Position numbers and translations under genes: made by a program. Source: Nannocystis bainbridge (lineage in GTDB: Bacteria; Myxococcota_A; Polyangia; Nannocystales; Nannocystaceae). Taken from it: 64,000 bases of DNA. This document shows positions 1 to 9,251 of this stretch, piece by piece. Within the stretch, counting starts at the first letter, position 1; each line of letters begins with the position of its first letter. The stretch lies in assembly GCF_028368995.1 (NCBI RefSeq), contig NZ_JAQNDL010000001.1, positions 4,472,531 through 4,536,530 on the forward strand, written 5' to 3'. The notes under the pieces are model-generated. The model saw only the letters and a list, made by a program, of their open reading frames with translations, did not search any database and was not told where the DNA came from.

Positions 1-567
1 GCAGGGCGGGCCGTCGTTGTCGGTGTTGCACGGGCCGACGAGCGCCTCGACCTCGGCGAGGGCCTCGCGCGCGGCGCTGGCGACCTCGGCGAGCGGGAAG
101 CCGGGCCGGTGCAGCTCGTGGCGCAGGGCCATCTTGGCGAGGATCAGATAGAACAGGACCTCGCTGTCGGTCTTGCCGAGGATGAAGCGGCGCAGCACCG
201 GCGGGACGCGGGCGACGAGCTGGTCGCGGACGGCGTCGAAGCCGGCGATGTTGCCGTTGTGGGCGAACACCCAGGCGCCGAACTGGAACGGGTGGGTGTT
301 GATGGTCGAGAGGTCGCCCTGGGTGGCCTTGCGGATGTGGGCGAGCACGGTCTCGGAGGTGACGATGCCGGAGAGGTGGCGGAAGAGGTGGTCGCTGACG
401 GCCGCGGAGGCGCTCTTGATGACGTGCGGGGCGTTGGCGACGTAGTAGGCGACGCCCCAGCCGTCAGGGTGGCGACAGCTCTGCTGCATCAAGGCGTTGT
501 CGGCGCTGACGAGGCTCCGGTGGACACCACTCTGCATGACGGAGCGAAAGCCGAAGATCCGACACAT
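1..567 (-). CDS. Class II glutamine amidotransferase (YafJ/EgtC-like), 3' end outside window
   Basis: Manual translation of the minus strand from ATG at 567: MCRIFG...HPDGWGVAYY...LAHIRKATQG...NTHPF...FAHNG...GKTDSE. These are Ntn GATase motifs with the N-terminal Cys. Not in the ORF track because it is partial. Confidence 0.9.
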   Translation of the reverse strand, partial: MCRIFGFRSVMQSGVHRSLVSADNALMQQSCRHPDGWGVAYYVANAPHVIKSASAAVSDHLFRHLSGIVTSETVLAHIRKATQGDLSTINTHPFQFGAWVFAHNGNIAGFDAVRDQLVARVPPVLRRFILGKTDSEVLFYLILAKMALRHELHRPGFPLAEVASAAREALAEVEALVGPCNTDNDGPPC

Positions 568-813
568 GGAAGATGGCCAGGATAGCATGCCAGATGCTCA
601 GGGAGCGCCGCGGCCGCTCCAGCTGCCGCTGTCGCATGACGCTGCCGATTTCGGCAATGGGTCGCCGTGCGCGCACGAGCGCGAGGTGGGACGCGCGGCC
701 GACGAGGTCTGCGTCATTCAGGCCGCGCGTGGCCGGGGAACGGCGTTGACAAGCTGATCGGGATCGGACTACCACGGCTTCGTGCCGGCGCGTGTCCGGC
801 GATCGAGGCCCTC

Positions 814-2640
814 GTGATCACCGCCCAGAATCACTACAAGAGCAACCTGCGCGACATCTTCTTCAATCTGTTCGAGGTCCTGAAGATCCAGGAGGGGGCC
901 CTCGGCAAGGGGGTCTATTCGAGCATGGATGAAGAGACGGTCCGCTCGACGCTCGAGGGCTACGAGGAGTTCTGTCAGAAGGAATTGGCGCCGTCGTGGG
1001 CGCTGTCGGATCGGGTCCCGCTCGAGCTCGACAAGGAGACCGGCAACGTCACGCTGCCGCCGCCGGTGGCGCGAGCGATCCGCACGACGCTCGAGCAAGG
1101 CTGGCCGCTGCTCAACCTGCCCGAGCACCTCGGAGGCAGCGGCGCGCCGCACTCGGTGGCGTGGAGCGCGTTCGAGCTGACGGCCGGCGCCAACGCGGCG
1201 GTGGCGTTCTATCTGCTCGGGCCGCTCATCGCCCATATCATCGACCGCCTCGGCACCGAGGAGCAGCGCCGGCGCTTCGCCAAGCCGATGATCGACGGCC
1301 AGTGGGGCGGCTCGATGGTGCTGACGGAGCCCGACGCGGGCTCGGACGTCGGCGCGAGCCGGACCCGGGCGCGCCAGGTCGAGGGCGGGGTGTGGGAGAT
1401 CGATGGCGTCAAGCGCTTCATCACCAACGGGGACTTCGACGCGGCCGACAATATCGTGCACCTGGTGCTGGCGCGCCCCGAAGGCGCGGGCCCGGGGACG
1501 AAGGGGCTGTCGATGTTCATCGTGCCCAAGTTCTGGGTGAACGAGGACGGCAGCCTCGGCGAGCGCAACGGGGTCTACTGCACCAACATCGAGCACAAGA
1601 TGGGGATCAAGGCCTCGGCGACCTGCGAGATGACGTTCGGCGAGCGTCACCCGGCCCGCGGCTTCCTGGTCGGCGAGGTCCACGACGGCATCCGCCAGAT
1701 GTTCCACGTCATCGAGCACGCGCGCATGGCCGTCGGCGCCAAGTCGATGGCGACGCTGTCGACGGCGTACCTCAACGCGCTCGAGTACGCGAAGATCCGC
1801 GTGCAGGGCTCGGACCTGCTGCGCGCGACCGACAAGACGGCGCCGCGCGTGCGGATCATCGAGCACCCCGACGTGCGCCGGATGCTGATGCTGCAGAAGT
1901 CGTTCGCCGAGGGCATGCGCGCGCTGACGCTGTTCACGGCGTCGGTGCAGGACCAGATCGAGCTGACGGGCGGCCACGGGGCGGCGGCCAGCGACGACCT
2001 CGACAAGCTGAACGACCTGCTGCTGCCGCTGGTGAAGGGCTACTGCTCGGAGAAGGTGTACGAGCTGCTGGCGGTGTCGCTGCAGACGTACGGCGGCTCG
2101 GGCTACTGCCAGGACTACCCGATCGAGCAGTACATCCGCGACCAGAAGATCGACTCGCTGTACGAGGGCACGACGCACATCCAGGCGCTCGACCTGTTCT
2201 TCCGCAAGATCGTGCGCGACGGCGGGTCGACGCTGCGCAGCCTGATGGGCCGCATCGAGGCGACGCTCGCCGAGGTCGATGCGAAGGGGCCGCTGGGGGT
2301 CGAGCACGCGGCGATGTCGCGGGCGCTGGCCGACCTGCAAGGCATCTACATGACGATGCCGGCGAAGCTGCAGGAGTCGCTGTACCACGTCGGCTTCCAG
2401 GGCAACCGGATCCTGTTCGCCACCGCCGAGGTGGTGATCGGCTGGCTGCTGCTGCGCCAGGGCGCGGTGGCGGCCGAGCGGCGCGAGACGGCGACCGACA
2501 AGGACCGCGACTTCTATCAGGGCAAGCTGGCGGCGGTCCGGTTCTACGCCCGCAACGTGCTGCCGGGCGTCACGCTGACGCGCAAGTTGATCGAGCAGGG
2601 CACGCTCGAGCTGATCGAGGTGCCCGAGGCGGCGTTCTGA
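814..2640 (+). CDS. Acyl-CoA dehydrogenase (FadE5-like)
   Basis: HYKSNLRD N-terminus, MVLTEPDAGSDVG, GVKRFIT, EHKMGIKAS, GGSGY..DYPIEQYIRD.KI..LYEGT. GTG start at 814 chosen within ORF 667..2640. Confidence 0.93.
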   Translation: MITAQNHYKSNLRDIFFNLFEVLKIQEGALGKGVYSSMDEETVRSTLEGYEEFCQKELAPSWALSDRVPLELDKETGNVTLPPPVARAIRTTLEQGWPLLNLPEHLGGSGAPHSVAWSAFELTAGANAAVAFYLLGPLIAHIIDRLGTEEQRRRFAKPMIDGQWGGSMVLTEPDAGSDVGASRTRARQVEGGVWEIDGVKRFITNGDFDAADNIVHLVLARPEGAGPGTKGLSMFIVPKFWVNEDGSLGERNGVYCTNIEHKMGIKASATCEMTFGERHPARGFLVGEVHDGIRQMFHVIEHARMAVGAKSMATLSTAYLNALEYAKIRVQGSDLLRATDKTAPRVRIIEHPDVRRMLMLQKSFAEGMRALTLFTASVQDQIELTGGHGAAASDDLDKLNDLLLPLVKGYCSEKVYELLAVSLQTYGGSGYCQDYPIEQYIRDQKIDSLYEGTTHIQALDLFFRKIVRDGGSTLRSLMGRIEATLAEVDAKGPLGVEHAAMSRALADLQGIYMTMPAKLQESLYHVGFQGNRILFATAEVVIGWLLLRQGAVAAERRETATDKDRDFYQGKLAAVRFYARNVLPGVTLTRKLIEQGTLELIEVPEAAF

Positions 2641-2683
2641 GCCGTCGCTCAGACGAGGCGGCCGCGCACGGCGGCCGCGCACG

Positions 2684-2719
2684 GACCGGCCTCTGCGGGG
2701 CGACGCAGGGCCGGTCTTT
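2684..2719 (+). terminator. Possible intrinsic terminator after the acyl-CoA dehydrogenase
   Basis: Stem GACCGGCC(T)CTGCG / CGCAGGGCCGGTC followed by a short T run. Confidence 0.45.
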
Positions 2720-2837
2720 CTCGTGTCCGCGGCCCCGCGACCGCAGGTCGCAGCGGGGGCGCTCACGATCGCCGCTCGCCCGCCGGCTCGCGGAGGGACG
2801 CGCGCGTGCGGAGGAAATTGCTACTCTCCGCGCGACC

Positions 2838-3590
2838 ATGACTCACCGCGCTTCGCTCGTCCTCTCGCTCCTCGTGTTCGCCTGTCAAAATCCCGCGGGG
2901 CCGCCGGCGGCCAAGACGGGGCCGGAGGTCAAGGCGACCGAGCCGCCGGCGAAGAGCGACCCGCACGCGGTGAACCCCCACGCCGCCGATCCGCACGCGG
3001 GCAACCCCCACGCGGCCGGGCCGCACGGGGCGGAGCCGGCGGCGGAGACGTCGCGGCCGGCGCGTGAGCCGGTCAATCCGCACGAGGTGACGCCGAGCGG
3101 CAAGACGCGCGAAGAGGTGGTGCCCGGGCTCAACTACAAGGTGCCGGAGGAGTGGACGCGCAAGCCGGGCTCGTCGGCGATGCGCCTGGCCGAGTTCGTG
3201 CTGCCGGGGCCGGGCGGCGACGCGGAGCTGGCGGTGTACCGCTTCGCCGGCGGTGGCGGCGACGCGAAGTCGAACGTGCACCGCTGGCGCACGCAGTTCG
3301 CCAAGTCGGACGGGTCGCCGCTCGGCGACAGCGACGGCGAGGTGCAGGAGGTGACCCGCGAGGCGCTGAAGCTGACGCTGGTCGACCTGAAGGGGACGTA
3401 CATCGCCCAGGTGACGCCGGGGGCGTCGGAGCGCTACGCCGACCCGAACTACCGCATGCTGGCGGTGATCGTCGAGGGCGCGGGCGACCCGTACTTCTTC
3501 AAGGCGGTCGGGCCGGAGACGACGCTGAACGTGTGGAAGCCGACCTTCACGTCGTTCGCCGACGCGATCGAGGTCATCACGGCGAAGTGA
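2838..3590 (+). CDS. Putative lipoprotein with His/Pro-rich linker
   Basis: MTHRASLVLSLLVFAC lipobox, then (D/N)PHA repeats, then a globular domain (MRLAEF..GGG...NVHRWRTQF...YFFKAVGP). This is the C-terminal part of ORF 996..3590. Confidence 0.8.
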   Translation: MTHRASLVLSLLVFACQNPAGPPAAKTGPEVKATEPPAKSDPHAVNPHAADPHAGNPHAAGPHGAEPAAETSRPAREPVNPHEVTPSGKTREEVVPGLNYKVPEEWTRKPGSSAMRLAEFVLPGPGGDAELAVYRFAGGGGDAKSNVHRWRTQFAKSDGSPLGDSDGEVQEVTREALKLTLVDLKGTYIAQVTPGASERYADPNYRMLAVIVEGAGDPYFFKAVGPETTLNVWKPTFTSFADAIEVITAK

Positions 3591-3592
3591 GC

Positions 3593-3645
3593 TGTCCTTC
3601 GGGACAGGAGATCATGAGGACATGTCGTGAAGGACATGTCCTCGG
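3593..3645. repeat. TGTCC-N4-GGACA 14-bp palindrome cluster
   Basis: TGTCCttcgGGACA at 3593. CATG cores at 3621 and 3635. Lies between convergent genes. Confidence 0.85.
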
Positions 3646-3654
3646 GTGCAGGCT

Positions 3655-4251
3655 TCAGGCCTGGGCCCACAGGGCGGTGAAGGCGGCGACCTCGGCGTCG
3701 AGCAGGATGTCGAGGTCGGGGCCGTCGTGCATGCAGAGCAGGCGCTTGCGGCGGACGTCGAGGACGGCGATCGCGGCGTCGCGCGGGGTCTGCTCGCCGA
3801 GGACGCGGGCCATCAGTCGGGCGGCGATGTCCGAGAGGGTGTGCGGCAGCGGGTCCTCTTTGAAGTAGAGCTTGATGACGTGCGGGCGCCCTTCGATCTC
3901 GAGGCCGAGCTCGGGGTTGACGCTGATCGGGAGGCCCTGAAGGCTGCCGATCTGCCAGCCGGGCTCGAACCACTCGATGCGCCGCTGACCCCACCAGCCG
4001 AGATACGCCTCGGCGATGTTGTCGAAGCGACCGCCAGCGTTGGCCCGGGTGAGGTGGTCACGCAGCTCCCACTTGGTGGTGGAGGCGGCGTGGGTGCGGA
4101 TGATGGCCTCGCGCACGGGCCGGTAGAGGTCGCCGGTGGCGGTGTAGGGGCCGCGGTGCTTGATGTCGCGCACCTTGGCCAGCTTGCCGGTCATGCTGGG
4201 CCGGCCGACGAAATCGACGAAGTCGGTCAACGAGATGCGAGTCGAGTCCAT
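3655..4251 (-). CDS. Hypothetical protein, 198 aa
   Basis: ATG with upstream GAGGGAG RBS. Globular composition (ISLTDFVDF...VNPELGL...HVIKLYFK). Confidence 0.8.
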   Translation of the reverse strand: MDSTRISLTDFVDFVGRPSMTGKLAKVRDIKHRGPYTATGDLYRPVREAIIRTHAASTTKWELRDHLTRANAGGRFDNIAEAYLGWWGQRRIEWFEPGWQIGSLQGLPISVNPELGLEIEGRPHVIKLYFKEDPLPHTLSDIAARLMARVLGEQTPRDAAIAVLDVRRKRLLCMHDGPDLDILLDAEVAAFTALWAQA

Positions 4252-4733
4252 ACGCTCCCTCAGTCGAAGAAGAACGTAGGCGATGGCTTTGATCCGCTGC
4301 GGATCAAGCCTGCGAGGCCGTGGAACGGCGAATTCAGGGCGTCTGCGCGATCACCCGGGCGCTGATCCGGATCAGATCAGGGGGCCGTGAATAGCGCGGC
4401 CCAAAAAATGCGCGGTGAACGGTGAGCGCGGCGAAGGTGCGAAGGCGACGACGCGGGCAGGCGAGCGGCCGCGAGGCCCGTCCTACCGAGGTCGCGGCGG
4501 CGCATCCTCTTCAGCGGTCGTAGAGGTGGCTGCGAGCGAGCGGCGCGCCGAGGAGTCGCCCTCGGGCGCGAGGCAGGTCGCCGGCGTTGCTGTCATCCTC
4601 GCGGGGCGGCGGTCGCTGACGCCGTCGCGTGGGTGCTGGCTTGGCTGTCATCCGCGAGGCGCGTGGCATGCGAGGTCGTCGATTCGACGTCCTCAAGCGC
4701 TACCGGTGCGAGGTAGCGATGCGCTCGAGGGGC

Positions 4734-5174
4734 TCAGGCGCAGCGGGCACACTGGCCCTTGATGAGGATCTCGGAGATGTTGCCGACGACCGACTTGTTC
4801 GAGCCCGGGGCGGGGGTGAGCTTGACGCGCACGGTCGAGAGGCAGGTGACCTCGCCGCACTGGGTGCAGACGAAGTGCGGGTGCTCGGGGTGATGGGCCT
4901 CGCGGGCGCGCAGCTCGAAGCGCCAGACGTTGTCGCCGAGGTTGATGCGGTTGAGCAGGCCGGCGCGGGTGAGGTCGATGAGGTTGCGGTAGAGGGTGGC
5001 GGCGTCGAAGCCGTGGTGGGCGAGGGCCTCGACGAGCTCGCCGTGGCTGGAGGGGGTGCCGGTGCCGTGGAGGTGCTCGAGGACGGCGATCCGGGGGCCG
5101 GTGACGCGGAGGCCGGCCTCGCGAATGGCGTCGCGCAGGAGGTCGAGCGAGGCGCGGGCTTTGGGGCGCGGCAT
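4734..5174 (-). CDS. Fur-family transcriptional regulator
   Basis: GLRVTGPRIAVL, ATLYRNL, HHPEHPHFVCTQCG, G.CARC. This is the C-terminal part of ORF 4734..5732. Confidence 0.92.
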   Translation of the reverse strand: MPRPKARASLDLLRDAIREAGLRVTGPRIAVLEHLHGTGTPSSHGELVEALAHHGFDAATLYRNLIDLTRAGLLNRINLGDNVWRFELRAREAHHPEHPHFVCTQCGEVTCLSTVRVKLTPAPGSNKSVVGNISEILIKGQCARCA

Positions 5175-5279
5175 GCTGCAAGAGGATAGCACCGGCGGCC
5201 CAACCGCAGCAGCAGCCCGGGGCGGGCTCACGCGGGCCGGCCGCAGCGGAGGTCGTGGCTGTGGTATGCGGGGCTCGCC

Positions 5280-5846
5280 ATGACGATCAAGTCTGACCGC
5301 TGGATCCGCCAGATGTCGCAGGAGCACCGGATGATCGAGCCGTTCGAGCCGTACCAGGTGCGCGAGACGGACGGTCGGCGGGTGGTGTCGTTCGGCACTT
5401 CGAGCTACGGCTACGATGTCCGCTGCGCGCCCGAGTTCAAGATCTTCACGAACATCAACTCGGCGGTGGTCGACCCGAAGGACTTCCAGCGGAACAGCTT
5501 CGTCGACTTCACGGGCGACATGTGCATCATCCCGCCCAACTCGTTCGCGCTGGCCCGCACGGTCGAGTACTTCCGGATCCCCCGCGACGTGCTCGTGATC
5601 TGCCTCGGCAAGTCGACGTACGCGCGCTGCGGGATCATCGTCAACGTGACGCCGCTCGAGCCCGAGTGGGAGGGCCACGTGACGCTCGAGTTCTCCAACA
5701 CGACGCCGCTGCCGGCCCGGATCTACGCCCACGAAGGGGTGGCGCAGATGCTGTTCTTCCAGTCCGACGAGGCGTGCGAGACGTCGTATGCGGATCGCGG
5801 CGGGAAGTATCAGGGCCAGCGCGGGGTGACGCTGCCGCAGGCGTGA
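5280..5846 (+). CDS. dcd: dCTP deaminase
   Basis: [49 protein letters not shown]. Confidence 0.97.
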   Translation: MTIKSDRWIRQMSQEHRMIEPFEPYQVRETDGRRVVSFGTSSYGYDVRCAPEFKIFTNINSAVVDPKDFQRNSFVDFTGDMCIIPPNSFALARTVEYFRIPRDVLVICLGKSTYARCGIIVNVTPLEPEWEGHVTLEFSNTTPLPARIYAHEGVAQMLFFQSDEACETSYADRGGKYQGQRGVTLPQA

Positions 5847-5855
5847 AGGGCCGGC

Positions 5856-6254
5856 TCAGACGGGCGTCTTCGGGCTCGACGGCGCGACGGGAGCGCTCGG
5901 GGCCTCGCTCGGGGACGTCGGCGGGCGGTTCGAGGTGGTGCCGGGCGAGGCGGGTTTGCCCATGAGGCAACCACCGCCCGCGAGGGCGCCGAACGCGAGC
6001 GCGGCGGCGGTGGCGAGGCGCGGCAGGAGGCCGACCCGGTCCTTGAAGACGATGTCGCCCCGGGCGTCGTGGACGTAGCGAACGCAGGGCTGGTCGCCGG
6101 CGGCGAGCAAGGCCTCGGCCTCTCCCTCGCTCATGGTCGAGAGGTCGGTGACATCCTTGCGGCACAGGCGACAGAACCGCGCGCGGCCGTCACCGTCCAT
6201 CCGCTCCCAATCCGCGCTGCAGGGTTCGACGATCCGGAGGCTGTCGCTTCGCAT
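5856..6254 (-). CDS. Small Cys-rich membrane or lipoprotein of unknown function
   Basis: PCSADWERMDG..RFCRLCRKDVTDLS..CVRY, followed by hydrophobic LATAAALAFGALAGGGC and a Pro-rich tail. Confidence 0.75.
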   Translation of the reverse strand: MRSDSLRIVEPCSADWERMDGDGRARFCRLCRKDVTDLSTMSEGEAEALLAAGDQPCVRYVHDARGDIVFKDRVGLLPRLATAAALAFGALAGGGCLMGKPASPGTTSNRPPTSPSEAPSAPVAPSSPKTPV

Positions 6255-6396
6255 GCAGGGGCCGAACGCGCGCGACGTGGGTCCGCTTTCAGGCCGGTGA
6301 GTGCGCGGAGTCCTGGTGGCGTCCCGGCCGAGGCTCGTTGCCGCGCTCACGGGCGCAGGCCGCATCCGAAGATGGGGGCGAACCGCGGCTCGGGTG

Positions 6397-6556
6397 AAGA
6401 CATGTCTTCGAGGACATGCCACGTGCGCGACCCGGCGGAAGGATGGGACGCGGCCCATGGCTCGCGTGACGACAGGTCTTCGAGGGCGTCTTCGTTGCGG
6501 GCGCAAGCCGCCACGAATAGATGTGTCTTTGAGGGCATGTCCTGAGGGACATGCCG
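6397..6556. repeat. TGTCC-N4-GGACA repeat clusters downstream of pbpC
   Basis: AGACATGTCTTCGAGGACATG near 6400 and TGTCTTTGAGGGCATGTCCTGAGGGACATG near 6524-6553. Confidence 0.8.
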
Positions 6557-6563
6557 TTCGCGG

Positions 6564-8966
6564 TCAGCGGACGCTGAAGCGGGTCGACTCGAGGCGGACG
6601 GCCTGGCGGGGGTCGGCGGGGCGGGCGAGGACCTCGTGGTCGCCCGGTTCGGCGGCGATCTTCAGCTTGTAGGGCCAGTCGCTGCGGCCGACCTCGTGGC
6701 CGTCGACGAGGAAGGCGAGCGGGCCGAAATCGACGCCGCTGCCGTCGAGCTCGGCGCGGACCTCGATGGTCTGGGCGGCGCGGCGCTGGTCGAGGGCGAA
6801 CACGGTGCCGGGGGCCGGGGCGACGACGCGCAGGGTCGGGATCGCGGCCGGGCGGTCGTCGCAGCCGGGCACGCGGGCGCGCGGGAGCCAGGGGCGGCCG
6901 AACAGGTCAGGGGTGTCGCCGCCGGCTGTCCTGAAGGACAGCCACTCGTCGTAGGCGGCCGGGAACACCACGGCGGTGACGGAAGCCTTCGCATCGCAGC
7001 GCAGGCCGGCGGGGGCGCTGCGGTCGGGGCGGACGTGGACGTGGTAACCGCAGCTGTCCTCGGGGACATGTCCTCGGGAGAACTTGCGGTGGACGCGTTC
7101 GTCGCAGGCGGGGCCGACGGGGGCGCCGGACAGCGCGCAGACCTCCACGTCGACCAGCAGCTCGGGCTCCCACAGCGGCCGGCGCTGCGGGACGTCGGCC
7201 ATGGCGCGGCGCATGACGTCGGCGAACAGCGGGCCGGCCCCGGAGGCGCCGGTGAGGCGAGCGGTCGGGGAGCCGTCGGCGTTGCCGAGCCAGACGGCGA
7301 CGGTGCGCTCGCGGGTGTAGCCGACGGTCCAGGTGTCGCGGTAGCCGGACGAGGTGCCGGTCTTGACGGCGACGGGGTAGGCCAGCGCGAACGGGCCGCG
7401 GCCGTGGAGGCCACGCACGCGCGCGAGCGGGTCGGAGAGCGCCTCGGTGACGACGGCGGCGACCTCGGGCGTGAACACCTGCGCGGGCGCGGCGGGGGGA
7501 TCGGTGGTGGTGAAGCGGAGGGCGATCGATTCACCGCCGCGGGCGAGGGCTACGTAGGCAGCGGCGAGCTCGCGCAGCTCGATCTCGCCGCTGCCGAGCG
7601 CGAGGGCGAGGCCGTAGTGGTCGGCGTCGCGGTCGAGGCTGCGCAGGCCGAGGTCCCGCAAGGTGCGGAGGATCGCGGCGGGGCCGAGCTCGGCGGCGAG
7701 GCGCACGGCGGGGATGTTGAGCGAGCCGGCGAGGGCCTCGCGCAGGGGGATCGGTCCCTCGAAGCCGCGGTCGAAATTCTCGGGGGTGTAGCTGCCGCCG
7801 CCGGGCTCCTGAAAGGTGGTGGGCACGTCGGCGGTGAGCTCGGGGCCGTGGTGACCGGCGGCGAAGGCGAGGCCGTAGACGAAGGGCTTGAGGGTGGAGC
7901 CGGGCTGCCGGCGCGCGCGGACCATGTCGACCTGGCCGCTGATCTCGTCGCTGTGAAAGTCGGCGCTGCCGACGTAGGCGAGGACCTCGCCGGTGCCGTT
8001 GTCGACGACGAGCACGGCGGCGTCGCTGGCCCCGCGATCGGCGATGGCGGCGAGGTGGACGCGCACGGCGCCCTCGATGTCGCGCTGGAGGTCGAGATCG
8101 AGGGTGGTGGTGGTGGCTGTCCCCGGGGACAGGCGGCCCTCGAGGCGGAGGGCATCGACGAGGTGAGGGGCGAAGAAGGGGCGGGTGAGCGGCCGGAGCT
8201 CGATCGGCTCGGCGACGGCGCGGTCGTGCTCGCGATCGGTGAGCTCGCCGGCGTCGCGCAGGGCGCCGAGGAGGGCGCGCTGGCGCAGGAGGACGCGATC
8301 GAGGTAGGCGTATGGATCGAGGTAGCTGGGGGCGCGCGGGAGGACGGCGAGGAAGGCGGCCTGGGCCCAGCTGAGGTCGTGCGGGGCGACGCCGAAGTAG
8401 CCGCGCGCGGCGGTCTCGGGGCCGGTGAGGCCGTGGCCGTAGGGCAGACGGTTGAGGTAGGCGAGCAGGATCTCGTCCTTGCCGAGCAGCTCCTCGAGGT
8501 TCTGGGCGCGGGCGACCTCGAAGAGCTTGTCGGTTAGGCCGCGAGCGCGGGCCTGACCGCGAGCGTCGAGCATCTTGACGAGCTGCTGGGTGATGGTGCT
8601 GGCGCCGCTGACGAGGCGACCATGGCGGACGCTCTGCAAGAGGGCGCGGGCGACGGCGCTGGGGTCGAGGCCGTCGTGGTCGAAGAAGGCCCGGTCCTCG
8701 CTGACGAGGGTGGCGGTGAGGAGGCGCGGGCCGATGTCGTCGAGGTCGCGCGGCTGACCGCGCAGGCCGAGGTCGCTGGTGAGCTCGCGCAGGAGCCGGC
8801 CGCGCCGGTCGAGGACGCGGTGACCCTCGTGCCAGGTGTCGCCGAGCGCGGCGGTGGGCTCGCCGGCGCGGCTACGGATCACCGACCAGGCGCCGCAGGT
8901 GAGGGCGGAGATCGCTGCTGTCCCGAGAGACAGGCCGAGGAGCCAGCGGCGGAGGCGAGGTCGCAT
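6564..8966 (-). CDS. pbpC: Penicillin-binding protein 1C (transglycosylase/transpeptidase)
   Basis: EDRAFFDHDG, GASTITQQLVK, RQPGSTLKPF (SxxK), SLNIPAV, KTGTS. Lies downstream of A2M. ATG at 8966. Confidence 0.93.
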   Translation of the reverse strand: MRPRLRRWLLGLSLGTAAISALTCGAWSVIRSRAGEPTAALGDTWHEGHRVLDRRGRLLRELTSDLGLRGQPRDLDDIGPRLLTATLVSEDRAFFDHDGLDPSAVARALLQSVRHGRLVSGASTITQQLVKMLDARGQARARGLTDKLFEVARAQNLEELLGKDEILLAYLNRLPYGHGLTGPETAARGYFGVAPHDLSWAQAAFLAVLPRAPSYLDPYAYLDRVLLRQRALLGALRDAGELTDREHDRAVAEPIELRPLTRPFFAPHLVDALRLEGRLSPGTATTTTLDLDLQRDIEGAVRVHLAAIADRGASDAAVLVVDNGTGEVLAYVGSADFHSDEISGQVDMVRARRQPGSTLKPFVYGLAFAAGHHGPELTADVPTTFQEPGGGSYTPENFDRGFEGPIPLREALAGSLNIPAVRLAAELGPAAILRTLRDLGLRSLDRDADHYGLALALGSGEIELRELAAAYVALARGGESIALRFTTTDPPAAPAQVFTPEVAAVVTEALSDPLARVRGLHGRGPFALAYPVAVKTGTSSGYRDTWTVGYTRERTVAVWLGNADGSPTARLTGASGAGPLFADVMRRAMADVPQRRPLWEPELLVDVEVCALSGAPVGPACDERVHRKFSRGHVPEDSCGYHVHVRPDRSAPAGLRCDAKASVTAVVFPAAYDEWLSFRTAGGDTPDLFGRPWLPRARVPGCDDRPAAIPTLRVVAPAPGTVFALDQRRAAQTIEVRAELDGSGVDFGPLAFLVDGHEVGRSDWPYKLKIAAEPGDHEVLARPADPRQAVRLESTRFSVR

Positions 8967-9024
8967 CGCAGAGAGAACGCGGGAGAGGCCGGGAGTGATT
9001 CTCGCGCGAGAGGGAAAGAGCGGT

Positions 9025-9180
9025 GCGCGGGATGAGAGGCGGTGAGGCGCGCGAGACGGACGGGCGGGATGAGAGGAGACGGGATGAGAGGAAGTGAGGC
9101 GCGCGAGACCTCGGGCGGGACGAGAGGAGACGGGATGAGAGGAGGTGAGGCGCGCGAGAAGTCGGGCGGGACGAAAGAGT
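9025..9180. repeat. Approximately 51-bp purine-rich tandem repeat, about 3 copies
   Basis: GTGAGGCGCGCGAGA at 9042, 9094 and 9145, with GGGATGAGAGG subunits. Confidence 0.8.
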
Positions 9181-9209
9181 GATTTTCGCTGGCGAATCAC
9201 TCGCTGCGT

Positions 9210-9243
9210 CGAGCGGCGCGCGAGGGAGGTCGCGCGCCGCTCG
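9210..9243. terminator. GC-rich hairpin just downstream of the A2M stop
   Basis: CGAGCGGCGCGCGA-GGGAGG-TCGCGCGCCGCTCG, a perfect 14-bp stem. No U-tail, so it may be a stabilising or processing hairpin. Confidence 0.5.
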
Positions 9244-9251
9244 CGGTCGGC

